From Penicillus capitatus (taxonomy: Eukaryota > Plantae > Chlorophyta), in the NCBI GenBank assembly GCA_965649825.1, contig OZ287701.1:423101-487100 (forward strand): a stretch of DNA of 64,000 bases, read 5' to 3'. This document shows positions 50,801 through 61,923 of this stretch, piece by piece (within the stretch, counting starts at the first letter, position 1; each line of letters opens with the position of its first letter). A model generated the notes under the pieces. It was not told where the DNA came from, made no database searches, and was given only the letters and a program-made list of their open reading frames with translations. The position numbers and the translations under genes are program-made.

Positions 50801-53800
50801 GTTTGTGTTGCTGATGCACACAATCCCGTTCTTAGCAGTGTATTCAGTTGTTCCACTAATGTGTTGAGATTCAAGCAATACAGCAAGATCTACGGGTCAC
50901 GCATGAACCTCGAAGAAGCTGCAGCATGATCTCACCGCTATCTTTGTTTGGCCATTCGATGGTTTCGCCAAAGATGTCCCTCACGGAGATACTGATCTCT
51001 TTGGCTGAACATTCTGCGTTCTCGTTAACCTTGGAAGAGATGCCCAGAGGATCTCCAGGAGATAATGACAAAGGTCCATCGACGTTCTCTATCTTCAAAG
51101 ACACAGCATCCGTCCCGATGTCATTAAATCTGCTATTCCTGTCGGTCTAAATGAACAACAGAGAAAGTGTGATTATGGAGATGGGGAACAAACTCACGAG
51201 CATGCGGTTGTCCGTCACAGTAAGGCATGTTCGATTTCCAAAAACATGTCCTTCTAAGACGTCATCTATCCCAGTATCATTATCATGACAAACATATGTG
51301 AAGTTCGATATTGAACCCACATACAAACCGCTTCCACTGTTTTCGGCAGTGTTTTGGGTTACATTTACACCACTAAACATTACACGACGGTAGCGCTGAT
51401 TTGGGAAGACGGTACGAGGACAAGGAGCTTTGCGGAAGCGTACCCCGTTTTCGTAGCTGCCTTCGAGATACATACCACCTAGTGAAGTCAGTCTCTCAGT
51501 CTGTATTTCGCACACGGAAAAACTCACCTCCAGTGAAGGCCTTATTCCTTAAGATCAAGATTTCTTCCAGCACCACATTCACACTCGATCCGCCCCTGGT
51601 GTTATTGAGAGAAAGGTAGAAGCCACCTCCTTCGCCTTGGTGGCGATCCTCGATATGTGATAGGTACTGATCATTCCGCTTCCTCACGTGAAGCCACCTT
51701 CGAACGAGAGTGTCGTCATCGGTTTTCAGTCTTTCCGGACTGAGTGCTCGGTTGTCGATCAGCTGCCAGCATTTGACCTAAAGGCCAGAGGAAGTCAAAA
51801 GGGACACGTTGGTGTAATTCTTGCCTCAATGGATTGAGACAGTTCGTGTTCGGAACTGATGTAGACAGCACCGCCGAGCACAGCTGTGTTGTTCGCATAG
51901 GTGAAACAGGGCGATGCTTGGCATTCGTTCTTGATCCCTCCGGCGTTTCTGAGGCATATCGCTCCTCCAATCGAAGCGATGTTTCGCGTGAAGAGGAGAT
52001 CTGAATACTGGTCCGAAAACAGAGTCCCTCCCTCGAAGAGCATTGCACCGCCAGCATTTGTTGCCAGATTCTCACTGAAGTGTGCCTGGCAGTAATTTTG
52101 GAAATCGATACTGCCTATCGTGCAACAAACACATGCTGAGCGATGTAAGCGTGGAAATACAACGTACCGCATTGGATGCAAGCAATTGCGCCGCCGGCCA
52201 TGAAAGCCGTGTTGGATATGAACCTTGCAATGCTCTGGGAGTGTCTGGATCCTCCTGCAATCTTAAAGTAGCTTCCTTCTTGCAGTCCCAATGCACCACC
52301 AATACGAGCACGGTTCGACTTAAAAACAGTAGTGACTTTTACCGTCACATTCGTTCGTCGAAATGCTCCTGCGCCGCCTATTCTGGCTCGATTTGCTTCG
52401 AATCTGCAGTCAGTGAAGTTGACAACGCCGTCAAGTGTCGAAATGGCACCGCCTTGTTTCGCTCTGTTATTATGCAAGACGAGATTGTTGCACGTCAAAC
52501 TGTCGGCAACCGACATGATGGCTCCTCCACTGCCACCAGATGTGTTGTTTGTGAACGTACAGTTATTCAATGTCGCCATTTTTCTTACGTAAAGAGCACC
52601 TCCTTGCAATCCAGCGCTGTTGTTTTCGAAAATGCAATCTTCAAATGAGCCTCTGAGTACGAAGATAGCACCCGCTATCCCTTCGGCCGTGTTGTTTATC
52701 ATACTGCAATTGAAAAAATACGCTTCCTCGACAAAGAATACTCCTACGTGTCCAGCAGTGTTGTTCAGAAAGCTGCAATTGGTGAAATTCCCTTTCCCAT
52801 TCACGACGCCAATTGCATAGCCGCTGGCCACGTTGTTCTCCAGCTGACAATCTATGAAATTCACGTTTCCCTTTACAGAGACTACCCCCGTGTTAGCACC
52901 GGCGGAGTTACCAACGAAACGACAGCTTTCGAAAAGCGCGTCGCCGAATACTGAAACTGTTCGATTGCTTCCAGCACTGTTGTTCACGAAGCTGCATCTT
53001 TTGCAGCTCGCGCTTCCCTTCACATAGACAATCAAATTTACCACGGCAGTGTTATCTTCAACGATGCAATTGACAAACATCGCATCACCTTCGATGAAGA
53101 TCGCAGCAAAGTCACGTCCCGACCAGTTTTTCGTCATGTTACAGTCTTCGAGTCTGGCACTGCCTGAAACTCTTACTGCAGATTGGCCTCTCTGAGCTCT
53201 GTTGTGATTAAAACTGCAGCGACTGAACTTGGCGACGCCTTTCACGAAGAGTCCGCCGCGGCGGAGGGCGGTGTTATTTGAGATGTCGCAATCATAAAAG
53301 GTAGCATCGCCGAAAGCAATAACGCCGCCGCCTTCGTTGGTGGCGTTGTTTTTTGTGATGCTGCATCGACTAAAGGTCACATTTCCTGAAAACACAAGAA
53401 CTGCCCCTCCGTCTTCGCCACTGTTTCCCTCGAACCGGCAGTGCTGAAAGCTTGCATCAATTTTGTCACAGAAAACGGCCCCCGCAATCAGCATCGCCTT
53501 GTTGTTGCGAAACTCGCATCGCTTGGCCCTCACAGGAGCGTTCCGCACATCCACAGCACCTCCAATGTCGGCACTGTTGTTTGTGAACTGCGTCTCGCTC
53601 AGGTTCAGCGCACAGCGATAAACTGATAACGCACTCCCGCCCAGATCTTGCGGTGAAGGGTTCTCGTGTGGAAGGTTAGCAGATGGAACAGTCGATCCCT
53701 TTTTGGAGTTGTCTCTAAATTCGCAGCGTTCCAGAGTCACCGAGCACCCTATTCATGATCGCCATGAGGATTGATGATGCATTCAGTCGCTATTCGTACC

Positions 53801-56130
53801 TGCCGACTGCCAGTCCTCGTCAAAATCGTTCGAAAACGCCGTCGCATATCTGCGCTCTCTTGGTCCGACGGCGAAAGGCCATCGGGATCCCAAGACTTCG
53901 ATGGCGCTAGCATTCTTGCACCCTCTGAATACCAGAGATTCGATTCGAAGGTTTCGACAGTTTCTGCGTGCAAAGAAACCGACTCCGTATAGCGGCAGGC
54001 AGCGTCTGCGATGGAGTGCCTGATGAAGAAGATGCTCTCTTTGGCAGGACAAAGGAGCGTCGTCGATGGGCGGACTCCGCGGATGGTGACGTCAGATACG
54101 CCTTTGATGACAAGCTTCTCTGTCAGTTGCATGGTGTCCAAGTCGAAGACGATCGTCTGTTTGCTTCGAAGCTGCGCGATTGCCGTCTTTGCCTCTTTAG
54201 TCGTTTTGACGTGAACCTCTGTAGGCGTAGCGCGTACTCTCCAGCGGCCACCTGAGCATCAAACAGTCATTGAACCTCGCAACCAGACAGCACAGGCAGC
54301 TGGCGTTACTACAGACTGCATAGAAGAAAGCTGCCGTGAAACGCCTCACCTGGGAAGAGCGAAAACGCCTCTCCTCGGCGCAGCAGAAACAGCAAGACCA
54401 GAATGTGCACCAACGGCGTCTTCGACGACAGACGGCACCTTCGCTCAGACATGTCTTCCTTTCGGCAAACACCGCCGTTCCCTTTGCTGTCGCGCGAACG
54501 AAAAGAGCTTGTGCGGTAGAATATGGAGAACTGCGTAGAACAATGCGAACGAACAAACTGTTCATGCGCGTCGGGGCGAACTAAAATCAAAATCGCTTCA
54601 CGGATGATGGATTCATGCTGTAGTAGTTGAATGTACTTTGACTGGACGCGTCAATCAACAACGCTGAAATCGCGTAAGTAGCACATCGACTGTTGATTGC
54701 CACTGAGAAGACAGGTGAGACAAGACCTCTAGAAGATAACAGACGCAACGCCTCAGACAGGCGCCGTGAATGTTTGCGTTCTGCTTCTATCGTGCCACGC
54801 CTCTCGACGTGCGTCGACACGATCAGATCTCCAGCGGGGCGACCTAACGCCAACATCCATGAATTGAGCTACGCATGTGAATCATCGTCGCTGCAGCTGC
54901 TGACGTCGTCTTCTGCAACTTCTAATCGCTCGACCATGTCGTCCGCGACGTCAGCGTAACACACCGTGTCAGAGGTGCACACAGAAGGCGAGAATTCCGG
55001 AACAAGCTGCTTTCTTTCGCTAGGGAATCCTCGAACATCTGAGCCGCAGGACGCTTCGCGTCCAGGGACAGTTACCCGGCGATGGTCCTGCCGTGAAGTC
55101 ACTCAGACGCAGTTTTCGTAATTACTAGATCTCAAGTCCTGTGTCGCGCCATAGAGTTGTCGTGTCGATTCACATAAAGTTCTTATGGTCAATCGAAACT
55201 CTGCCTTTAAGATCCCTACGTCGCTTACGGTAGACAGTCAGATGACGCACAATGCCGCGCACCACGATTCTGGCTGTTATGCGTTCAGTCTCGATTCCTT
55301 TTGTCCGATCTCAGGTTGGTGATTGATTTCCTTTTCCGAAACGACAGCGCACATTCACGGTTTGTTGGCTTACAAGGAAGAACAGGCGTTTGGAAACACA
55401 AACAATCCAGAGATCCACTATTCTTGACATCTGAAGTATATACTCACATCATTGCCACGTACGTGCTTAATAAAACGTGTAGATGACAACAGACAGACTC
55501 CAATGTGCAACAGGTGAGGTTGGAAGGATACGAATTGTGACTACGACAACCAGACGACGGACGTATTTTTTATTAGATTGAACGTATTCTCGTTTTCCAG
55601 TGTGAATGAACCGTATCGATTGCCAAACATCTCAGAATCTGTAGACGTCGACTGCGACATTCAGAATTGGTCCGTCAGTTGGGAAAGAACACGAAACAGT
55701 CATATTGCAAGACATCTGTCACGATGACGACCATCAAAGCCACTGCGCCGAAGACAAGGGAGAGAAAAGCAGAGGCACAAAAGAATAGCATGAGTGCAAC
55801 ATCCGAACCGTCATTCTCCCTCTCCAACTCGTCGCCATTGCACACATAACCGATAGCACACTCCATGTTCTCCTCGGACAGAGAAGTGTAACCTCGACAG
55901 ACGACATCCGAGGAATCGTTCAGTTGCAATTGCAGCAGGACGCCGCCGACGACACTTCTGACGGCGACAACGAAAACGTAGACCAGAAAGGCGATCAGGG
56001 GCCTGTTTCCATTTCGGATTTTTCGTCTCAAACGAATGATTCCCGCGACCCAAACGCCAAGGGTTATGCCGCCAAACGCAATGGAAAGCTTATTGAACGT
56101 GGCTCCAATGGGTTCGTCTACCTGGAGAGC
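47875..56130. repeat. Segmental duplication, unit B (paralogous to about 24520-32700)
   Basis: Homology starts at atcttgatgg..agcattgcgcagctgtca and continues through the surface-protein and multipass genes. Confidence 0.93.
48434..54452 (-). CDS. Pmp-like parallel beta-helix, Cys-rich, multi-TM surface protein, copy B
   Basis: Same exon structure as copy A; signal peptide MSERRCRLSSKTPLVHILVLLFLL; large repeat exon in ORF 52115-53740. Confidence 0.85.
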
Positions 56131-56620
56131 GCAGATTGGAATAGAAGCCCGAAGGCAGACTCGAAAGAAATCGCACGGCAGAGCTGTCAGATGTCGCCCC
56201 TGCCGCAGTCCAACGGCCAGCTAAACGCTTCTTGCGGTTTGTATTAACACGTAAGCTGATAGGCAAAGAAATCGTTTGCCAGTGGCCATAAGAAATGCCA
56301 TTTTTCTGTCGTAATCGGCGCAATCGGCACGTTCTAGGAGGCTCCTATGCGTTTTACAGACAGGAATAGTCTTGCACTCGTTGTGTGAGTCCACGCAGCA
56401 AAAGTGTAACTCGCATAGCTGACGCTGCTCCACTTCGAATCTGGCGACGCAGGACAGTTGGCCAACAGCATGACCGTGTCTGGCTGAAGGAAGATGACAG
56501 TGTGTACCGGAGGTTCTCTTGTTTCGTCTATCGCACATGCAGCAATAGAACTTTCAACCAAGAGGAAACTGCGCGGAAGTTTCAACGGACTCGATATGCT
56601 TAGCCAGCACAATTCTTCGT
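55573..56620 (-). CDS. Multipass membrane protein of unknown function, copy B; ends uncertain
   Basis: Hydrophobic segments FNKLSIAFGGITLGVWVAGII, PLIAFLVYVFVVAVRSVVGGVLL and VALMLFFCASAFLSLVFGAVALMVVIV. The last exon ILRCLAIDTVHSHWK differs from copy A mainly by synonymous changes. Confidence 0.55.
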
Positions 56621-57112
56621 TTCTCAACTTGTGAGTGTCTAGGGTCTTGTTCTTCTCGTTTTCTTCTGGTATTTCTAAAGTGTATGTACCGCAGAGAAAC
56701 GAAGATTTGTTGTGTCAGTTTCCTACGACTTCGCCATCTGCCATCAACGCCACTCTATCGGCAGACGGAAACCCAAATGCCTTTAAAATCACTACTGGGT
56801 CGACGCCATCTGACGCTCGGAGGAGAATCTTCTACCAAGTTGCGGCAACTCGGCAACGACTTGCGCGGCAGTATCCGCGTATAATCTACCACAGGGAGTT
56901 TGCTACTGGGCGCCAAGCATCTCGATGGCCATCTGGATGTCTCGCGTCAGTCGTGACTCTAGAGCCTTGGGATAAGACAAAGAGGTAACGGCGATGGAGT
57001 TAAAGAAGTCAGCATGCAACAAAAGAGTCGTCTAAGTTACTGTGGTCTTCAGGACCCCATTCTTCACCGGAAACATGATTTTTTTATGACAAGACAAGGC
57101 CAACGCAATGTG

Positions 57113-57318
57113 TGACGGGGATTCGACAGACTCTGGCGCGACGCGAACGCGCCGACGCGTATGCGGATGAGGAGGAACTGTAAAGAGCCAAAGCTAAGAC
57201 TGATTACATGGTGAGCCCAGTCAGCTTTATAGCCCTGGCGCCCGCGGACCGCTGTCATGTTAAGCAGCGGACAGCCTGTCCGGTCCGCGGGGCCGCAACC
57301 GTTATCGCGTACCCGTCA
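57113..57318. mobile_element. 206-bp insertion with TG..CA ends and 5-bp TSD (solo LTR or MITE)
   Basis: ATGTG[TGACGGG ... CCCGTCA]ATGTG; the paralogous site at 44221 has a single ATGTG and no insert. Confidence 0.9.
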
Positions 57319-57503
57319 ATGTGAGTGTGATACGAATGAAGCAGAAGCTCAGTATCACACATACTGCACATGCATATCTAACTTAGACACGTCACTTAAG
57401 TAAATTGATCGCTTAACACATTTGTACCAAAGACATAGATATAGGAAACACAAGGGAAACACCGCCCCGTTTACTCGTTCCAAGTTTTCAGAGTGTGATG
57501 TCG

Positions 57504-59133
57504 TCACATGTCGAGCAACGCGTGCAACTCATCTTCGGAAAAATCGCTGAAAAGTTGCTTCATTCCTGGGGCGCATTCGCGCACGACGCTCGAGGTCTCT
57601 ATCCTGCGGCTCTGTTTCTCAGTTGTTTGCAGATGAAACACGATCCCATCTCCTTTACCCGGTCCAGGTGCTGCTGCACCATACCCACCTCCAAGAAAGG
57701 GAGCAGGTCCGACAATGTACGCCATCTTTGGCGACCCGCCGCCAAAGTCAACTTCTGCCGTGGGCATCTTCACCGTGTTCGTCACGCCTCCTCTCAAAGC
57801 GAAAACGTCCATCGAACGCTCTCCAGTCGAGGCAGTTAAATAATGAGCCAACGCTGACTTTGCCTGAATTTGTGGCTGCGTCCTGAAATCTGTCACACTT
57901 TTGCGGATTATCAGAGACAGTTGCGCAAGGGTCTCTCCGAGAGATTTTCCTTCGAGATCGCGGCCTTCCAAAGACGGATTTTGATATCCGAAGCCATTTC
58001 CGCAGTAGTTCTCCGGAAGAAATTCGGCACCGTTCTTCCGATACTCAATTATCGTGAACGTCATGGTATTCGAGATTTCGAGATCTGAGGCGCTGACAAC
58101 GGGCTGAGTTCGCTCTTTGAGAATTTCGACCGAGAGCATCCAATTGAAGGCGACGAGGACATCGTTGGTTGAGACGAACTGACCATCCTCCAAGAACGGC
58201 TTAACCATTGCTTTCATATCTGCCAACGTTTGCTGCAAGACACTATTCGAACGATATAATGTGAAAGATGTTATTTACCTTAGTGAAATACAGAGCTTCT
58301 AGACAAAAAGAATCATCTTGAAAATGAATGAAGGATGGCATTTCCTCTTCTGGCAGCACTTTACGCGGAAGCTGCGCAATGTCGTCGCCCAGGAAAGTGA
58401 AGTGCTTGGCCAACTGATCTGGCCACATGTAGGAACGGTCATGGCATCTGTCGGGAATCTCCACTCCACGGTACGCCCTTCCGAGATCACGGTACAGCTC
58501 GATGAGTCGCTGCCCGTCCATCAACATGTGAGAAACGAAGAGGGTCACTGCACAGCCGTCTTTGAAATGCGTCAATCGTGCTGTAGCCGGGGCCTTTTCT
58601 CCACTAGAGGACACAGTCAGCTTTTCATCAGGGTGACAGAAGACAATCTACCTCAGTATGGCGCTGCTGTCCACAGCTTCCATGAAGAAAGGCATCTCAG
58701 GGCACACAGGGAAATTGGCATGAGGGGCTGTTATCTTGCCATAGGTCAGAATGGCGGATGCGATGGTCATGTCCGCTTGCATCTCGAAGAAAGGGAAGCC
58801 GAACGCCTGAGCGTTCTCAGGATCGACCTGCATGGAATATCACTGTTACTGGGTGTCTTCAAAAGGGAGACATTGTTTTCGCACTTCAATGCGGTAACGT
58901 GTATTGGCGTCTGGCACCACTCTGCCACAGAGGATTGGATACTTGACGGACACCTTCTCTAGAGCTTCTTTTAAGAGTTCAGCATCCACATCGTAGTCGA
59001 AGAAAAATGGCCACGAAATAAAGACGAAAGTGTTGAGAGAGTAGACGTCGATTGGCGCCAGACGAAACGTTCCGTCTTGGACGCCTTGCGGATGAATACA
59101 TTCTTCTTTTAAAAGCTTGAAAGGCTCCGGCAT
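57504..59133 (-). CDS. BAHD-family acyltransferase, copy C
   Basis: SHMLMDG (HXXXD), DFGGG, intact exon 1 MPEPFKLLKEE..YPILCGR. Confidence 0.88.
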
Positions 59134-60343
59134 TACGAAAGACACGAAAACCGAACGGTTCGGTTGCTTTTTTAGACGAGACGTGGAGATTTGATGTCGT
59201 ACCTCTAAGAGCCGTTAAGAAAATGTACGCTATTGATTATGATGCCAACCAAATTCCAGACAGGACGTCCTCACCTCAGTGCAGCGGACCTGGGATCTCG
59301 CAGATTTCAAAATCCCATAATGGCAACACCCCTAGACACAATGGTATCCTTTGTCCTCAGTCAGTCCTGAATGATGAGAAGAGTGGTATCACGGCCACAC
59401 TTATTTCACCTCTATGATGTGACAGTTGATTGCATCCGCGGAGATCGTTGAAAGCAAAGGGACGCAATATTAGGTTTACGAGATCTTGAGTACCAGAAGC
59501 CGATTGACCGAACATCTTTGAGCGGTTCTTTTATATAACGAAGTTGCGAACCTAGAAATTGGATTCTCGGACAAAACTGTTAGATGACAGAACGTCAAAA
59601 TTAGTTGACGCGATTATCATCTATAATCTCGCGTACCTCTCGCTGTCGCTGTAAGAATGGTTCGTTCGTTTTCTCTCAAATCAGTCATCGACGCGCTCAG
59701 ACCTGAAAACGACACCTATAGCTCTAACAAGGCTCATCGTCTTTCTTCTGATTGCGTGCTATCCTTTTAATGAAACGCACTTCATTATCGCATTTGCTTG
59801 TCGCCAACAATTCCTCCAATGGGTAAGTGCCATCTTTGTAAACCCTTCTAAGACATCCTTCCAGGATCAGCAGTCTAACGCAGAAATGCACCATGTGATA
59901 TAATAGTTTTGACTCGTGTCGCTGCTTCATCCTTTCAGCGCATGAAACCGGTGCACAAATGCACTGTAACGCACGCCTATTGACCTTTGCAGGATAGAAG
60001 AAGTGTATGTAGACTGTAGGTATAGATAGTCATTGAAATCGTTAAGCTCACTACTCGCTTTTTACATTCAGAAGAAGAGCAGAACCTCAAGTGGCCTGTC
60101 CTCGGACCTCACCGACCAGTACTGCGGTACAGAACGACGGAACCACGTATTGACAGCCAAGGGGCGAAGTTCTCGATTTTCTTACACTCTAATATCGATC
60201 GCCTGCCGTGCCAGGTCAGCGGTAAGCTGAACGGAAGCGAATGCTATCACGACATGGGTTTTTTACGGATTGCGCAAATTACAACTTCGAGAAAAAGCGT
60301 AACCTGAATTTTGCACGCGTCGCTTAGCGACGACTGTGTCCTT

Positions 60344-60955
60344 ATGCGTGTTTCTGTCTTGTTTGTTGTATTCTGCCTGAGTTTTGTCGCCCTCCCAAAT
60401 CTCGCCGTTTCTTTGTGCATTGAACCGTACACAGTATTGCGTTCGCGACGCTCTCTCGCTCAGAATGAAATTGACGATACCCCTCGGCCTTGTAACCCCG
60501 AAGATGGCTGGTGGCGTCCAGGAAATACCTACAACGACCCTTCGACCCTCGTCACTGACTCAGCAGAGAACTGCTGTCAGCTCTGTCGCCTAACAGAGGA
60601 ATGCATCACATGGAGCCGTGACCGAACAACAGGTGCTTGTGCCTTGAAAGACAAGAATTCCACAGCTGTCCTCGATGACCGCTACGATTCTGGATTCCTC
60701 CGAGGCACCGATGCGAGCGACGTTGTCGAGAGAAAAGAGTGCTACCAAGAAGAGGGCGTCATCTACCCGAAGGGGATAGTGCTGAGGAAGAGGAAGACCC
60801 AATCCCACGAGCAATGCTGCGAGCTCTGCTCGGACAACATCGATTGCTTCTCGTGGCACAGGAATAACAATACGCGCACGTGTGTCCTCAACGGAAACGT
60901 GCCAGATCGTAAACATCGATCAAAAAAGAAGTTCTGTGGCGCATCCATCATCTAG
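60344..60955 (+). CDS. Secreted protein with two PAN/apple domains
   Basis: Signal peptide MRVSVLFVVFCLSFVAL; two CCxxC-x4-C-x-[ST]W..C-x-L units; single exon. Confidence 0.85.
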   Translation: MRVSVLFVVFCLSFVALPNLAVSLCIEPYTVLRSRRSLAQNEIDDTPRPCNPEDGWWRPGNTYNDPSTLVTDSAENCCQLCRLTEECITWSRDRTTGACALKDKNSTAVLDDRYDSGFLRGTDASDVVERKECYQEEGVIYPKGIVLRKRKTQSHEQCCELCSDNIDCFSWHRNNNTRTCVLNGNVPDRKHRSKKKFCGASII

Positions 60956-61923
60956 CCTCGCATTTTATAGCCAAATTCGGCTCACTTTTTCAACTTCTAG
61001 GCCCATCTCATTAATAATCGTCACTGTTGCTGCCTCTGATAAGAATGCTGTGCATTCCCCAAGAATTCGTTATTTGAACATTATAATAAATTGTCATTAA
61101 TGTACTCTGAAGGCGAGAATCTGACTGAACGGATATATGCGATCAGTGACCGTTCGGATCGATTTTCTTAAGCCGATTCGCATATTCCTAATTGTGCTTA
61201 CCTTGTCGCCTTCGGTTGAGCGACTCGACACGTCTAAAGAGGTCTGGAGAAGACACTGGGAGTGGATGGATGTGACTTTGCGTCGCTTAATTCGTTTAAC
61301 GGCGGTTATGGCGTTTAAAGCTGCGCTCGTCCTCCATTGTTTAATTCGAACTTCACGCCGTTGTTCTTCTGAAAACTCCGTGGATCATCGAACCTCGCGT
61401 CCGGGCAAAGCCTCTGCTCGTTGCGGACGGCGTGCTCTGAAGTGGGTTATTTCGCATCTTCCATACGCGTCCCACTTTTCCGAGGCGCAAACGTACAGGT
61501 CGTTGTCATTGCTCCCTCGTTGAGCACGATTGAGCAAACGCTGCGCTCTAGATAGCGTCTTCTTCGAAGTCTCCGACCTCTTCTGCCTCGTAAGTCACAT
61601 GCCGCGGCCGTATCGCAGTTGTGGATTCTTTGTGGGGTGTTTGCATAGTTGACCATTACAAGAGCGACGGTGAATTTGAAGTGTGCCCGTGTTCGACCGC
61701 TTCTTCGGTAAGTTCTTTTGATAAACCTCGGAATTCGACATGAAGTTTCATGACCCTTTTCTATGACTGCACCCTTCGTCTGCCATAGTGCTGCGCGATT
61801 TGTGCTGTCGTTCTCCGGCAGCCAGTTTTGCCAAACGCAGCTTCGCGCATCGCGTCGTTCGTTGTATGATGTGGCGTGCACAAGCATGTCTGTCTGTTTC
61901 TGCGCAGGTGGTGAATTGCAAAA

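Noticed and set aside
57113-57318. Hammerhead ribozyme / retrozyme
   Set aside because: No CUGANGA plus GAAA core in the correct stem context on either strand by eye.
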